Shown piece after piece: positions 12,770 through 27,297 of a stretch of DNA of 64,000 nucleotides; positions within the stretch are counted from its first letter, which is position 1; each line of letters starts with the position of its first letter. A model generated the notes under the pieces. The model saw nothing but the letters and a program-made list of their open reading frames with translations, was not told the DNA's origin and searched no databases. The stretch spans positions 11,718,001 through 11,782,000 of the forward strand of contig NC_082712.1 of NCBI RefSeq assembly GCF_030144855.1, in the 5' to 3' direction. The stretch comes from Hypanus sabinus (taxonomy: Eukaryota). A program made the translations under genes and the position numbers.

Positions 12770-15700
12770 GAATGATTAATTTACTTAATTTTTTAAGTTT
12801 TAATGTTAATGGGCTTAATGGACCTGTGAAAAGAAAAAGTGTTTTAACATACATTAAGAAAATGAAAGGAGATATAGTTTTTTTTACAAGAAACACATTT
12901 AACAGAAACAGAACATAAGAAATTAAAAAGAGATTGGGTTGGAAATGTCATTGCAGCATTTAATTCAAAATCGAGAGGAGTTGCAACTTTGGTTAATAAA
13001 ACGTTACCAATTAAAATACAAAATGTAGTAATTGATTCTGTGGGGAGATATGTGATTATACTGTCAATTTTTTTCAGAATTATGGAATTTTATGAACATT
13101 TATGCACCAAATGAAAATGATGCAAAATTCATACAAGAAGTTTTTTTGAACTTGGCTGATGCACATGATAAAATATTAGTAGGTGGAGATTTTAATTTTT
13201 GTTTAGATCCAGTTTTGGATAGGTCAAATAAAGTTGCTACAAAATCAAAAGTAATAAAACTAACTTTATCATTAATGAAAGATTTAAACCTGATTGATAT
13301 ATGGAGAAAAATTAATCCAAGAGAAAGAGATTATTCATTTTATTCAAATAGACATATAACTTACTCAAGGATTGATATTTTTTATTATCAAAAAATATTC
13401 AGGATAGAGTGAAAAGTGTGGAATATAAAGCAAGAATACTGTCAGATCATTCCCCCCTTGATAATGACAATGATAATGATGGATAAGGAGGAATCGACCT
13501 ATAGATGGAGATTTAATTCAATTTTAATAAAACGTCAAAATTTTTGTGATTTTATGAAAAAACAGATTCAATGTTTTTGGATACAAATTTACTTTCAGTT
13601 GAAGATAAAATTGTATTATGGGAAGCAATTAACGCATATTTAAGGGGTCAGATTATAAGTTATACATCTAAAATTAAGAAGGAATACATGGCAGAAATAG
13701 ATCAATTGGAAAAAGATATCATAAAGTTAGAAAAAGAATCTCAAAGACATATGACAGAAGAAAAACGAAGACAACTTGTTAATAAAAAATTACAATATAA
13801 TACACTCCAGACATATCATACAGAAAAAGTAATTATGAGAACTAAACAGAAATATTATGAATTAGGTGAAAGATCTCATAAGATTCTTGCTTGGCAGTTG
13901 AAAACAGAACAGGCTTCTAAAACAATAAATGCAATTAGAACAAGTGTCAATAAGGTTACTTATAAACCTTTAGAAATTGATGAAATTTAAAAAATTTTTA
14001 TACTGAACTATATCAATCAGATTCACAAAATAAGATTGCTGAGATAGATAAATTTTTATCAGAAATAACCCTTCCAAATTTAAATTTGGAAGAACAGAAA
14101 GGATTAGATATGCCCTTTACATTAAAAGAGGTTGAAGAAGCTTTAGGATCACTTCAGAGTAATAAATCCCCAGGAGAAGATGGTTTTCCTCCTGAATGTT
14201 ATAAAAAATTTAAAGATTTATTAATTCCTCCTTTTATGGAATTAATATATCAAGTGAAAAGAGTGCATAAACTCCCACAATCTTTTTTAACAACGATCAT
14301 AACTGTATTGCCAAAAAAAGATAGAGATCCTTTAAAACCAACATCATATAGACCTATTTCTTTGTTGAATACAGATTATAAAATAATAGCAAAAATTTTA
14401 TCTAATAGAATATCTAAATATTTACCAAAATTAATACATATGAATCAAACAAGTTTTATTAAAAAATAATCAATGGATAATATAACCCGGTTACTTAGTA
14501 TAATTAATTTGGCACAAAAAAGAGAGGAAATGGGCAAGGCTGCCCATTATCACCTGCTTTATTTGTATTGGCAATAGAGCCATTAGCTGAATTAATTAGA
14601 ATAGATTCAGACATTGGGGGCTTAAGAGTTAATCAAGAAGAATATAAGATTAATTTATTTGCTGATGATGTTTTGATTTATTTAACAAACCCATTGCAAT
14701 CTTTGCAAAGACTACCTTTTAGATTGGAAGAATATGGGAAAGTATCAGGGATAAAAGTGAAATTTTACCCCTTACCAAAGGAAATTATAATCAATGTCGA
14801 TTAGTAACTCAATTTCGATGGTCAATAAATGGGATAAAATATTTAGGTATTAGAGTTGATAATGATGTAAAAAATTTATATAAGCAAATTTATTTGCCAT
14901 TATTAAAAAAAGAGGTTCTTGATAAATGGATGATGTTACCAATAACATTAATAGGTAGAGTTAATGCTGTAAAAATGAATATATTTCCTAGATTGCAATA
15001 TTTATTCCAAACTTTACCAATACAATTACTTCAGAAGTTTTTTCAAGAACTGAATAAATATGGAAGGAAATTTCTTTGGAAAGGAAAGATGTCAAGAATA
15101 TCATTGGAAAAATTGACATGTAAATTTGATTTAGGAGGTTTACAACTTCCAAATTTTAAGAATTATAATAAAGCAAATCAACTTAGATTTATTGCATCTT
15201 TTTTGATGAAAAAAACCAGCATGGATTAGAATAGAATTAGATAAGATAGGAGAAATCATACCAGAAAATTTTATATATAAATGGGAATCCAAATGGATAC
15301 GGGAAAAAAATAATCTCCTATATTAAGACACTTGATTGTTTATGGAATAAGGTAAATATGGACGATGAGATAAAGAAATGTTTATTAGCAAAAAGAACTT
15401 TAATTCAAAATAGGTTTATTCCTTTTACAATGGATAATAAACTTTTGCATAATTGGTTCCAAAAGGGGATTAAATATCTAGATGATTGTTTTGAAGGAGG
15501 TATATTGATGTTGTTTGATCAATTAAAAAATAAATATAAAATATCAAACAACACTCTTTTCTGTTATTTTCAATTGCAGGCTTATTTACGAGAAATGCTG
15601 GGTCAAACAATGTTGATGCCAAAACCTAGTGAAATAGAAATATTAATTCAAAAAGGAAAAATTAAAAAATTTACATCTTGTATGTACAATTTGATTCAAA

Positions 15701-16319
15701 ATCAGACAATTGAATCTGGAATTCATAAATCAAGACAAAAATGGGAATCTGATTTGAATGTTAAAATTGATGGAAAAAGTTGGTCAAGATTATGTTCTGA
15801 TAGTATGATAAATACAATAAATGTTCGACTTAGATTAATACAATATAATTTTTACATCAATTATATATAATACCACAGAAAATAAATAGATTAAATTCAA
15901 ATATGTCTGACCAATGTTTTCGATGTAATCAAGAATCTGGTACTTTTTTACATTCTACTTGGTCTTGTTTTCAAATTCAATCATTTTGGATAAATCTAAG
16001 ACTTTTGTTGGAACAAGTTACTGGAGTACAACTCCCATATAGTCCAACATTATTTTTATAAGGAGATATTGAAGGGACAATACCGAAATTTAAATTGAAT
16101 AAGTATCAGAAAACATTTATAAAAATTGCATTGGCATTAGCTAAAAAAGTTATCGCAGTTACTTGGAAATCTGATCTATATTTAACGATGGATCGTTGGA
16201 ATAATGAAATATATAGTCGTATTCCACTTGAAAAAATTCCATATAATCTAAGAAATCAATATGATATATTTTTTAAAATTTGGCTCCCATACCTACAAAA
16301 GATGGGATTAAATATATAG
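12770..16319 (+). pseudogene. L1 ORF2p (APE-RT-Cys domain), frameshifted
   Basis: NIYAPN, GGDFN, KSPGEDGF, YRPISLLNTDYK and LFADD motifs spread across broken ORFs. Confidence 0.9.
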
Positions 16320-17192
16320 GTCCTTTGAAGATGAAATTATAAAGTAATTGGGGAAAGTAAAAATAAATATTAAAATTATTTTGAACTCCATGGAGCATGT
16401 GGGGATCCTCCAATATCCAGGCAAACTTTTTCTTCTTTCTTTCTTTAGATAAGGGTTAAGGGGGGGAGGGTTAAGGGGAGGGGGAGGATTAATATTATTT
16501 TTCTTTTTCTTACTAATTTTTCATTACATTTATTCTTTGTAATTCTCTAAAAAATTAATAAATAAATGTAACACTTGCCCAACAGGCTGGTATATGTCTC
16601 TGGGAAAGGAGATCCAGGCACACACCAACCCCACCTCCCGTACACGCAGGTGCTGTGAGGATCAAGTTTATGCCTCGCGCCCGCCCACAATATCTAACCC
16701 ATAACAAATATCGTTATGAAGTACACTTTAAAGAGTTTACTAAAATTAAAAGAGTACTAGGCAATACAATATATATGGAAGGGAAAAAAACAAAAAGGCG
16801 CCAACTTATCAAAGTTCAGTCAGTTTAGTGCACATCGTTGGAGCTCAAACATCGAACTATTCGAACCCTCATCGCTTGCCTCCGACCTCCACGTCTTCGC
16901 ACCGAGGACCACCCCCGGTGGTCTTCCGAGCAGTGCAGCGCACGTCCACCTTCCTCGGTGTCTTCCTCCCGACTCTCCACCAAAAGCCTGCGAAAACCCC
17001 CTCCCCCAAGTTCCCAGCCTCACAAGACTAAGTAACATTCCCCATTGGTTAACAAATGAATACAATTACCATATCAGCAAGTATAAAGCAAAACAACTGC
17101 GAGAGAAACACTTATCAGACAAAGAAGCATTCCTACTCTTAACAAACCAAAAAAAAAACCCATTTTGCGTAACATACACAGGACATTGTACA

Positions 17193-20100
17193 TTCTCTCC
17201 CCACCAGCAAATGCCATGCCCTCATGGCATTACCAGAGTTCCCCAACGCTTCTTGCAACACATAAAACCCAACCCAGGTGCAGAAAACAGTGACATAACT
17301 ACCCAGAGCAGTAGAAATTACACTCGGTTCTCCTGGCACCACATATGTCAACCGCTCCGGGGGGCGCCTAATTCTCTGAGATCTCCATACCCCTTCTGCC
17401 CCACTGGGCTCCCTCTTCACCTGAGAACCCACTGTCTCGGACTCCCCAGGTCCACCTGACAGACCCTCACCCCCTTCTTCACGGGGGTCCTCCCTCACCT
17501 GAAATCTCTCCGGCTCACGCTCGGGTTCCACCCTCTCTCCCCTCAATGTTGGCTGCCTCTCCATCTGACCCTCAAGACCTTCCCTCCTGTCACCCAACTC
17601 AGTATGGGAAGGGCCAGGAGCCTCCCCTTCTGGTACTGGAGCGACAGCGAATGGGAACAGAGGCCACTCATCTGAGTCGTCCTCTTCCGAATCGGTAGCC
17701 ATTCCCGGGAGAGGGACCCGTCCCCGCTCTTCAACAGCGGGCTCTTCCCTTTCTCCGCGCCCTCGCAGAGTCCTTGTACTAGGCGTAACCTCCCATTCGG
17801 GCTCCTTATCCACCTGCACCGCTTGACCCAGGGGCAGCAGGTGATTCCTATGGAGTACCTTGATAGGCCCTTTTCCATCCATGCAGGTTCGGCATCTGGC
17901 TCTCTATTACATAGGGGCTGGCCGCCCATCGATCGGCCAGCTTGTGCTTACCAGGGAGTCCCAAAATCCGTAAAAGGACCCGGTCGCCCGGCAATAATCG
18001 GACAAACTTCACCTTTCGATCATACCGCAACTTATTCCTCTGATTTTGTTTGGTAGCCACCACCTCGGCCAATTCGTACGCCCGCTGTAACTCCCTCTTC
18101 ATGTCGGACACATACTTTAGATAGGACTTCCCGGGTAATTCACCCACTTCACCCCCAAAACATGTCAATTGGCAACCTCGCTTCCCGCCCGAACATCAGA
18201 TAATAGGGCGAGTACCCTGTAGCATCATTGTAAGTACAATTGCAACAGTGAACCAATTGTCCAATATGACGACTCCATCTACTTTTCTGCCCAATCTCCA
18301 GCGTCCCGAGCATATCCAACAGGGTCCTGTTGAACCTCTCTGGCTGAGGATCTCCCTGTGGGTGATAAGGGGTAGTCCTGGATTTCTCAACCCCAAGCAT
18401 AGTCAGTAATTCATGGATAAGGCGGCTCTCAAAGTCCCGCCCCTGATCACTATGGATTCGCCTGGGAAGGCCGTAATGAACAAAATACTTTCCCCATAAC
18501 ACCTTCGCCACTGTCGTCGCCTTCTGATCCTTAGTGGGAAATGCCTGAGCAAAGCGAGTGTAATGATCGGTGATGATTAAGACATTCACGGTGTTGTTGG
18601 TGTCAGGCTCAATCGACAGGAAATCCATACATACCAAGTCCAGAGGTCCCGCACTCTGCAAGTGCGACGGTGGAGCCGCCGACGCTGGCAGGGTCTTCCT
18701 CCGGATGCAACGACTGCATCCCCTACAGTATTCTTCAACTTCCCCCCTCATCCGGGGCCAGTAGAACCGGTCTTTGAGTAATCCATAGGTCTTTTCCACC
18801 CCCAAGTGTCCAGAATCATCATGTAAGGCCTGGAGTACAGCCTGTCGATACTCCTCCGGCAGGACCAGTTGCCAACAGTGGGGTTGGTCCGGAGGCGCCG
18901 TTACCCGGTACAAGATTTGGTTCTTTAACTTTAACCGAGACCACTCCTTCAATAACAGAGGCACGAATGGGTGTTTCGCCTTCTCAGCCAACGCCACATT
19001 CCCCTTCTCGACCACTCTCCACACGGTGCCAATGCCCGGGTCATTTTGCTGAGCAGCTGCCACTTCCCCCGGACTCAGTTCCGGCAACTGTTTAGTCCGC
19101 AGTGCGGTCAGGTCACAGTAAGCTAGGGGTATGGCGTCGTCAAAAACCCCCAAATGGTCCACGGCTTTTTTCATCCTCCCTCTTCCCTCGGCCTTCACGG
19201 TGATAGCAAACTGACACATCACCTTCACTCCAGGGGCAGGGACACTCTCCCACTCCTCCTCCTTCTCCTGTTCCCCCGGCTCCCGACGTGACAAAGCATC
19301 CGCATCGACATTCTTGCTTCCAGGGCGGTACCTCAGGCTGAAATCATATACAGACAAGGCCGCCAGCCACCGATGTCCTGTGGCATCCAGCTTCGCCGAA
19401 GTCAAAATATAAATGAGGGGATTGTTATCCGTTCTCACCTCAAACTTGGCTCCGTACAGTTAATCGCCCAGCTTGTCCACCACCGCCCACTTCAGCGCCA
19501 GGAACTAACTTGTGAGTGGGATAGTTTCTCTCAGATGGCGACAAGCTTCGGCTGACAAAGGCTACCGGCCTCAATGCTTTGCCATGCTCCTGGTACAGAA
19601 CAGCCCCTAGACCCTCTCGGCTAACATCCGTGTGCAGCACATATGGCTTCTGGGGACCGGCAAAAGCCAACACCGGGCCCTGGGTCAGTGCCCTTTTCAA
19701 AGATCGGAACGCCTCTTCACATTGATCATCCCATGTCGAGCCAAAAGGTTCCGCCGGGTTCCAGTATCCTCCAGTATCCTGCCTCTGGTCGCCCTTCCTT
19801 TTCTTTCCCACTGGGGGATAGCCACACAACAGCTGAGTCAACGGGTGACACACTTTGGCGTATCCTTTCACAAATTGGCGGTAATACCCACAGAACCCCA
19901 AAAATGAGCGCAGAAGCCCACTTTCTGGGGTCTCGGCCAGGTGGTTACGGCTTCTATCTTGGTTGGATCAGTAGCCACTCCCTCTCGCGAAATGATATGG
20001 CCAACGTAGCTAACCGATGACTTGCAGAACTGGCATTTGTCCAGGGAAAGCTTCAACCCTTCTTCATTAAGCCGGCCCAACACCTTCAACAGCCTCTCCT

Positions 20101-22094
20101 CATGTTCCTCCAAAGTCGATCCGAACAATATCAAATCGTCCAGGTACACCAGCACCTCCAACAGATTCATATCCCCCACAGTTCTCTCTATGAGCCTTTG
20201 GAAGGTGACTGGGGCTCCCGATATGCCTTGGGGCATTCGTTCGAACTGAAAGAACCCAAGCGGGCAGATAAAAGCGGTCTTCTCTTTATCGGCCGCACTC
20301 ATCGGGATCTGGTAATACCCACTTCCTAAGTCCAGCACACTGAACCACTTCACACCGCTCAGGCAGGCCAACGCATCCTCGACTCTTGGGACAGTATATT
20401 GATCAGGGACAGTTCTCCGATTCAAAGTCCTGTAGTCAACACACATGCGCACTCTCCCATTCTTCTTCCGTGCCACCACTATTGGGGACGCATAAGGACT
20501 TCGAGACTCAGCTATGATTCCGGCCTCCTTCAACTTGCACAAGTGCTGCCGCACATCCTCAACATCTGCCGGAGCCACCGGCCGGGATCTCTCTCGGAAC
20601 GGGGTGTCCTCCGTCACCTGGTTGGTGTGGCGAGTGCTTTTGGTTCAGCCAACATCAAACTCGCCCCGAGAAAAAACAGCTTCCATCTTCAGCATTTTCT
20701 CCACTAGCCTGGGTTTCCACTCCGGCGACACTGGGGAATCCCCGAAGTTAAAGGCTTCAGCGGTCAGCTCCCTTCGATGCTCCGATCCCTCCCCGGTAGG
20801 GGTCCTCACTGGTGCGCTAGACATTACCGTCACCGGGGACAGATGTGCCAGCGGCATTCCCCTCTTAAAGGTGATTTCTCTCGCCGTGGTGTTCCTGACA
20901 CTTATAGCTATACGCCTCGCATGTACCACCTCTGGTCTCTGCACTTCGGGCCTCACCAGCGCCCCCGCTGGAAATCGTGTCTCCCCTTCAAGATCGTCCG
21001 GGGCGTCTACGAACAGTGCTTCGCCCGACGGCACTCCGGAGAATCTGGGGGACCCATCACTAGTGCTACCTCCCCTGGTCGGATCACCTTGGGCCTCGCC
21101 TGCGTACACCACACCGTCCCTCGTTTACACTCCGGGTCCAGCCCTTGGGAGGCAACCCCTTCTTCGAACACCGCTCGAAACACTGAATGCACCGAGAGGA
21201 TTTCTATTCATTGGAGCATAGAAGGTTGAGGGGGGATTTGATCGAGGCATTTAAAATTTTGAGAGGGATAGATATAGTTGACGTGAATAGGCTGTTTCCA
21301 TTGAGAGTAGGGGAGATTCAAACGAGAGGACATGATTTGAGAGTTGGGGGCAGAAGTTTAAGGGAAACACGAGGGGGTATTTCTTTACTCAGAGAGTGAT
21401 AGCTGTGTGGAATGAGCTTCCTGTAGAAGTAGTAGAGGCCAGTTCAGTTGTGTTAAGTTGTGTTAAGGTAAAATTGGATAGGTATATGGACAGGAAAGGA
21501 ATGGAGGGTTATGGGCTGAGTGCGGGTAGGTGGGACTCCGTGAGATTAAGAGTTCGGCACGGACTAGGAGGGTCGAGATGGCCTGTTTCCGTGCTGTGAT
21601 TGTTATATGGTTATATGATCTACAGAAAGTCTTCCCCCCCCCCCTTTCTCCTTACAAGCTCCCAGGAGCCGTCGCACAACGGGGGAGTTAGTCCCCACCA
21701 GGAGGGCAGCACCACTGGTTTCCACCGGGTCAGGACACACCAACACCAACGTCTCAATAGCTTCAGACATTCCCACATCGCCCTCCGAGAACTCCAATCT
21801 CACTGATAGGTACCCATCGTACGGGTAGTCACCCTCGCTCACACCCCGAATCTGCAGGGCGTCAAATGGGGTTACGGGCAAATGCTTTATATATTGATTG
21901 TAGAAAGACCGGTACAATAAGCTCACCTGCGATCCCGTATCAAGAATGGCTTTTGCGTAAACTCCCTCTATCCGTAGACCCACACTGGCACGGGGTCCTA
22001 CCAGCCCATCCGGAATAGAGGCGTGGGCACCCGGTGGTCTTCCGGCTGATCTCTGGGAACATGTTCCTCCAGAAGCTCCAGTCCGTTCCCTCAC
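17193..22094 (-). pseudogene. Gypsy pol (PR-RT-RH-INT) with few disruptions
   Basis: LDTGSQ protease, YLDD RT, LHTDVS RNase H, HSDQGRDFE/YHPQGD integrase, and the GPY/F-like WAASPY region. Confidence 0.9.
21201..21617 (+). mobile_element. 5'-truncated CR1 3' end inserted in Gypsy pol
   Basis: YSLEHRRLRGDLIEAFKI. Tail gttatatggttatatg matches the CR1 at 1385-5595. Splits the protease-RT spacer. Confidence 0.88.
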
Positions 22095-23371
22095 TGAGCC
22101 TCTCCTAAGTTTCCCGACACCTCTCCCTTCTTAGTCGCAGGGGGGCTTGTCCTCCGCGGGACTCCTTGTCTCTCACAATCCCACCTAAAGTGTCCCTCCT
22201 CTCCACAGCTATAGCACACCCTCGGCCGCCCACAGTCCCGCCTGAAATGCCCCTCTTTCCCACAGTTAAAGCACACGCGGCCTGCCGCCCCTCCTCTCCC
22301 AAGACGGCTCCCGCTCCCAACCCACTGCACTGGTCGCCCCCGGGAGTGGGTACCTCCCCTGTCCCTCCCCTCCAGAGGGGGTTCCCTACTCCCCGGGGGG
22401 TTGTCAGTCACCCAGGAGGGGGGCCTTTCCTATAAGCCTGCCGGATAGTCCATGCCACCTTGTCCTCCTCCAGAGAGCCACTGAATATCTGACTCATCCT
22501 CACACTAGCCACGTCAGGCGCCTTCACTACCCCCCCTCCCCCCCAGCGCCGCAACCCCGTAAGCATCCCTTCCATCCTAAATATGTACTCGGAGAGCTTT
22601 TCCCCTCTCCGTTGTTCCAGGCGTTGGAACTCTGCTAAAAGCAGCCAGGGTGCCCCTGACAACCCAAACGCCCCCTCCAAAACTTCTATGCATTCCTCCA
22701 CTGAGGCCCCAGGCTTCTCAGCTTTCAACTCCCGGACTGTTTTGGCTGCTAAACCCCTCAAACTTCCCACCAATCGCTGCCTCTTCTCCTCCTCTGAGCC
22801 TGGCCACTCCTCTAACATCAAAGTCGTATGTTCGATCCAGGTCTCACAGTCCTCCCACCCACTCCCCGTCCAGAGTAGGCTTGGCTCCGGAGAACAACCC
22901 CAGCTTCAGCCGTGGCCTCTCGGCCACTCCCACCGGGGAGTTAAGTGCGGCTGCCAGCTCCGAGGCTTCCACCCTACCTGGGGAGTGGGGCCTAGTCACA
23001 TCTCGCTCCTCACACCTCCCTTTACTAGTGCCAGGCACCTCTCTGGGGTCCACCTCTAGCTCTAGTTACTCATCCTCATCCTCGGAGAGGGTGTGGAGCC
23101 CCCACGGCCCCACCTCCCCCGGAACACTGACCGTCGCCGGCAGTTCCGACGTCCTGACGTCAGCACTCATACGAACCAACACCCAGCTAGACTCCACTTC
23201 TTTACCACACCATCTAGCTAACAATTCTACCTGCCAAATACCCTTCACCGAACTTAAGCCCCGCACTAACGCTTCTCCCGAAACTCGAAAATCCACTCTG
23301 CTCACTGCACAGGCATACTGCACCGGTACACCTTCAAATTCGCACCAGCTAACAATCTTATCTCTGTCCAT
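22091..23371 (-). pseudogene. PNMA/MOAP1-like gag with two CCHC knuckles (frameshifted)
   Basis: MDRDKIVSWC..., [44 protein letters not shown] and [14 protein letters not shown]. Confidence 0.8.
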
Positions 23372-24093
23372 CTCTGCTCTGTTGCCTGCGCGATTCCACA
23401 GCCCCTGGAAATCCAATCCCGGACGAACCCCCACAAATGTAACACTTGCCCAACAGTCTGGTATATGTCTAGGGGAAAAGGAGATCCAGCCACACACCAA
23501 ACCCACCTCCCATACACGCAGGTGCTGTAAAAATCAAGTTTATGCCTCGCGCCCGCCCACAGTATCAAACCCACAACAAATACCGTTATGAAATACACTT
23601 TGAAGAGTTTACTAAAATTAAAAGAGTATTAGGCAATACAATATATATACAAGGGAAAAAAACAAAAAGGCGCCAACTTATCAAAGTTCAGTCAATTTAG
23701 TGCACATCGTTGGAGCTCAAACATCGAACTATTCGAACCCTCATCGCTTGCCTCCGACCTCCACGTCATCGCACCGAGGACCACCCCCGGTGGTCTTCCG
23801 AGCAGTGCAGCGCACGTCCACCTTCCTCGGCGTCTTCCTCCCGACTCTCCACCAAAAGCCTGCGAAAACCCTCTCCCCCAATTTCCTAGCCTCACAAGAC
23901 AAAATAACAATCCCCATTGGTTAACAAATGAATACAATTACCATATCAGCAAGTATAAAGCAAAACAACTGCGAAAGAAACACTTATCAGACAAAGAAGC
24001 ATTCCTACTCTTAACAAACCAAACAAAAACCCATTTTGAGTAACATACACAGGACATTGTACATAAATAAATATTTTTTAAAAAGACAATGTT

Positions 24094-27054
24094 GATGTCT
24101 TACTGGGAAATGACCTTGCAGGTGGAGATGTGTATCCAGCGGTTCAGCTAACAAGCAAGCCTGCTGCTGCTGAGGACCCGCCCATAGATTCTGAAGTTTA
24201 TCCTGCCTGCGCAGTAACTAGAAGCATGTCAAAAAAGGCTGATATAAATATTGATTTGTCCGAGACTTTCCTACCATCCCTGTATCAACAGGACTTAGAG
24301 CATAGTATGGCTAAGGAGAGTCAGGGGGATGAGACAGATTTGTCTTTATCGAGGAAAGAATTTACGGAGGAACAGAATAAAGATTCGGAAATTGTGGCTT
24401 TGAAAGAGACAGCTCTCTCTGTGGAGGAAATTCAGAAGGAGTCAGTGGGATATTACCTTAAAGATAGGGTGTTGATGAGGAAGTGGAGACCTGCTACGGT
24501 GCCTGCAAATGAGGATTGGGTGATTGTGCATCAAGTAATGGTTCCAAAGGTTTACAGAGCTGAAATTTTAAACCTGGCCCAGAAGATTATGAGGGAGGTT
24601 TATGGGCCTAACATGAGGAAAGACATTGTTAATTACTGCAGAAGGTGTCATACATGCCATATGGCGGGAAAGCCTAATCAGGCCATCCCAAAGGCACCAC
24701 TTCAGCCAATACCTGCTTTTGTTGAACCATTTTCACTGGTCATTGTGGACTGTGTGGGCCCATTGCCAAAGACTGCAGCTGGTAACCAGTATGTGCTAAC
24801 AGTTATGTGTGTTGCATCTGGGTTCCCTGAGGCTGTGCCTCTTAGAAACATTCAAGCAAAAACTGTGGTAAAGGCACTCAAAGTTTTTCACACTGGTAGG
24901 TCTGCCTAAAGAGATTCAATCAGATCAGAAAAGTAACTTCACATCAAGAACATTCCAGTGGATAGTTTCTGAGCTGGGGGCTAAACAGATTATTTTATTT
25001 GCCTACCACCCGGAGTCTCAAGGGGCTATGGTGCGGTTTCATTCAACTTTAAAAAGATGATTAAAACCTACTGTCAGGAGAACGACAGAGACTGGGATGA
25101 GGGTATACACCTATTACTCTTAGCCATGAGGGATACCATTCAGGTATCACTGGGGTTTAGTCCATTTGAGCTCGTTTTCGGCCATAGGCTAAAGGGACCT
25201 TTGACCTTGCTTAGGGAGCAGAGGTCTAACCTGACAGTGTGTGTCAGTGTGATAGATTATATTCTGAAATTCCGTGAAAGACTTTGTAGGGTATGCGACC
25301 TTGCAAAGAAGAATTTGCAAGACTCCCAAGTCAAAATGAAACATTGGTATGATAAGAGAGCTTGGGAGCACTGTTTGAAGTTGGAGATAAAGTTCTGGTT
25401 TTGTTTCCTTTGGTGACCAACCCCTCCCAACGAAATTTCATGGACCCTATGAGGTAATTAAGAAGATTGACTCTTTGAACTATGTTATCAGAACTCCTGA
25501 TAGGAGAAAGGCTAGCCAATTAGTGCACATAAATATGCTAAAGCCGTATTATGACTGAGATAGCACCAATCAGTACTGTCATGAAAACAAATGAGGTTGT
25601 GGAACCTGATAATGAGGGGCAAGACCATTTTAACAAGTTAAATATCATGTCAACCAGACTGGAGAATTCCATTATTTTGACCGACCTTACTAATAAAGTC
25701 TGTCATTTGGAGCCTGCACAGAGAACCCAATTGACAGAGTTAATTAACAGGCATAAGGATTTATTTCCAGATATTCCAGGACAGTGCATGATGTCATTGT
25801 AAATTCAGCCCAGACCATTAAACAACATCCCTACAGAATGAACTTAGAGAAAAGCAAGTTGATGGAAAAAGTAATTTGAATGCATGCTAGCAGCCGGTAT
25901 CATTAGGTGATCTACCTCAGACTGGCCGGCATCCTGTGTTCTTGTTCCCAAACAAGACGGTAGCATAAGATTCTGTACCGACTACAGGAAAATAAATGCA
26001 TTAACCAAAACAGATGCTTATCCTATCCCGAGAGTAGATGATTGTATTGATAAAGTGGGAAAGGCTAAGCACCTCACAAAAATTGAGTTGCTGAAAGGAT
26101 ATTGGTGTGTTCCTTTGACTGAAAGGGCTAAAGAAATCTTCGCATTTGTCACACCTTCAGGGCTGTACGAATATAATGTTTTACCTTTTGGAATGAAAAA
26201 TGCTCCAGGGGCATTTCAAAGAATGATTGATTCGGTGATTAGAGGTTTGGAAAACAGGGGCTTATATCGATGACTTAGTGGTCTGGAGTGACACGTGGGA
26301 AGAGCACATTGTGGCTGTGGAAAAATTGTTCAAACGGCTGTCCGAGGCAAATCTCACAGTGAATCTCGCTGAAAGTGAATTTGGCCACGCCACTGTCACG
26401 TATCTCGGGTATGTGGTAGGCCAGGGCCAACTGGCTCCTGTACAAGCCAAGGTACAAGCTATTGCTGAGGTTCCCATTCCGACTGGCAAGAAAGCTTTGA
26501 GCAGGTTTTTCGTAATGGTGGGGTATTACCGGAAGTTTTGTAAAAACTTTGCAGATATCGCTTTCCCCCTAATAAATCTCCTGGGGAATAGTGACAGATT
26601 TGTATGGACTGACTTTTGCATGGAGGTGTTTGAATGACTAAAAACTATATTGTGTTATCAACCTGTCAAAGCACCTGATTTTTTAAAACCATTCTCTGTA
26701 GCAACAGATGCCAGTGACAATGTTGCTGGGGCAGTATTGTTACAAAAAGATGTGGATGACATTGAACACCCAGTAGCTTATTTCTCCAAGAAACTTAATG
26801 TGCACCAGAAAAATTATTCCACTGTTGAAAAGGAGTTAGTATCAATTATTCTGACTTTACAATATTTCGAAGTCTATATTTGTCCCGCCCAGGTAGTTTA
26901 CAATGATCATAATTCGTTGGTATTTCTGACTAATTTGAAGAATAGGAACAGAAGGCTATTGAACTGGAGTCTGATGTTCCAAAAATTTGACCTAAAAATA
27001 AGACATGTAAAAGGTACCGACAACGTGTTAGCTGATTGTTTATCTAGATGTTAA
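24094..27054 (+). pseudogene. Gmr1 pol remainder: protease end, integrase, RT, RNase H
   Basis: YCRRCHTC and IVDCVGPLPKT (integrase, 24.6-25.5 kb), then RT LPFGMKNAP/YIDDLVV (25.9-26.6 kb), then RNase H ATDASD...AYFSKKL. Confidence 0.88.
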
Positions 27055-27248
27055 ATTTGAAATTGCACACTTCTTAATCTGTTATCCGTTGATTATATAT
27101 GTGTGGTTTCAAACCCTGTAATGTACATTTAAACAAAAAAAAATTTCCTTCATCAAAATTTTCTTAAAAGGAAGCAGGTGTAGCGGGGTCCAAAAATGAC
27201 CCGAGTTTGTGACAGGGTCCAAGATTGACCCTATGAAATGTGCTGCTA

Positions 27249-27297
<49 letters not shown>

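Larger units (their letters stand above)
16567..24063 (-). mobile_element. Ty3/Gypsy LTR retrotransposon with PNMA-like gag
   Basis: 626-bp LTRs at 16567-17192 and 23438-24063 (TG...CA, ~95% identical by eye). TSD TAAA, tRNA-Pro PBS at 23416-23433, PPT ggtggggagagaa. Confidence 0.93.
11107..24083 (+). mobile_element. Full-length L1-clade LINE (body 11107-16566, tail remnant 24064-24083)
   Basis: 10-bp TSD agacaatgtt at 11097-11106 and 24084-24093. G-rich 5' end ggggggacgtcacgtgatgac. Two ORFs and an A-rich (taaa)n tail. Confidence 0.9.

Noticed and set aside
20514-23591. Long plus-strand ORFs (235 aa, 313 aa and others)
   Set aside because: Antisense shadows of the GC-rich Gypsy gag/pol on the minus strand, with no domain signatures.
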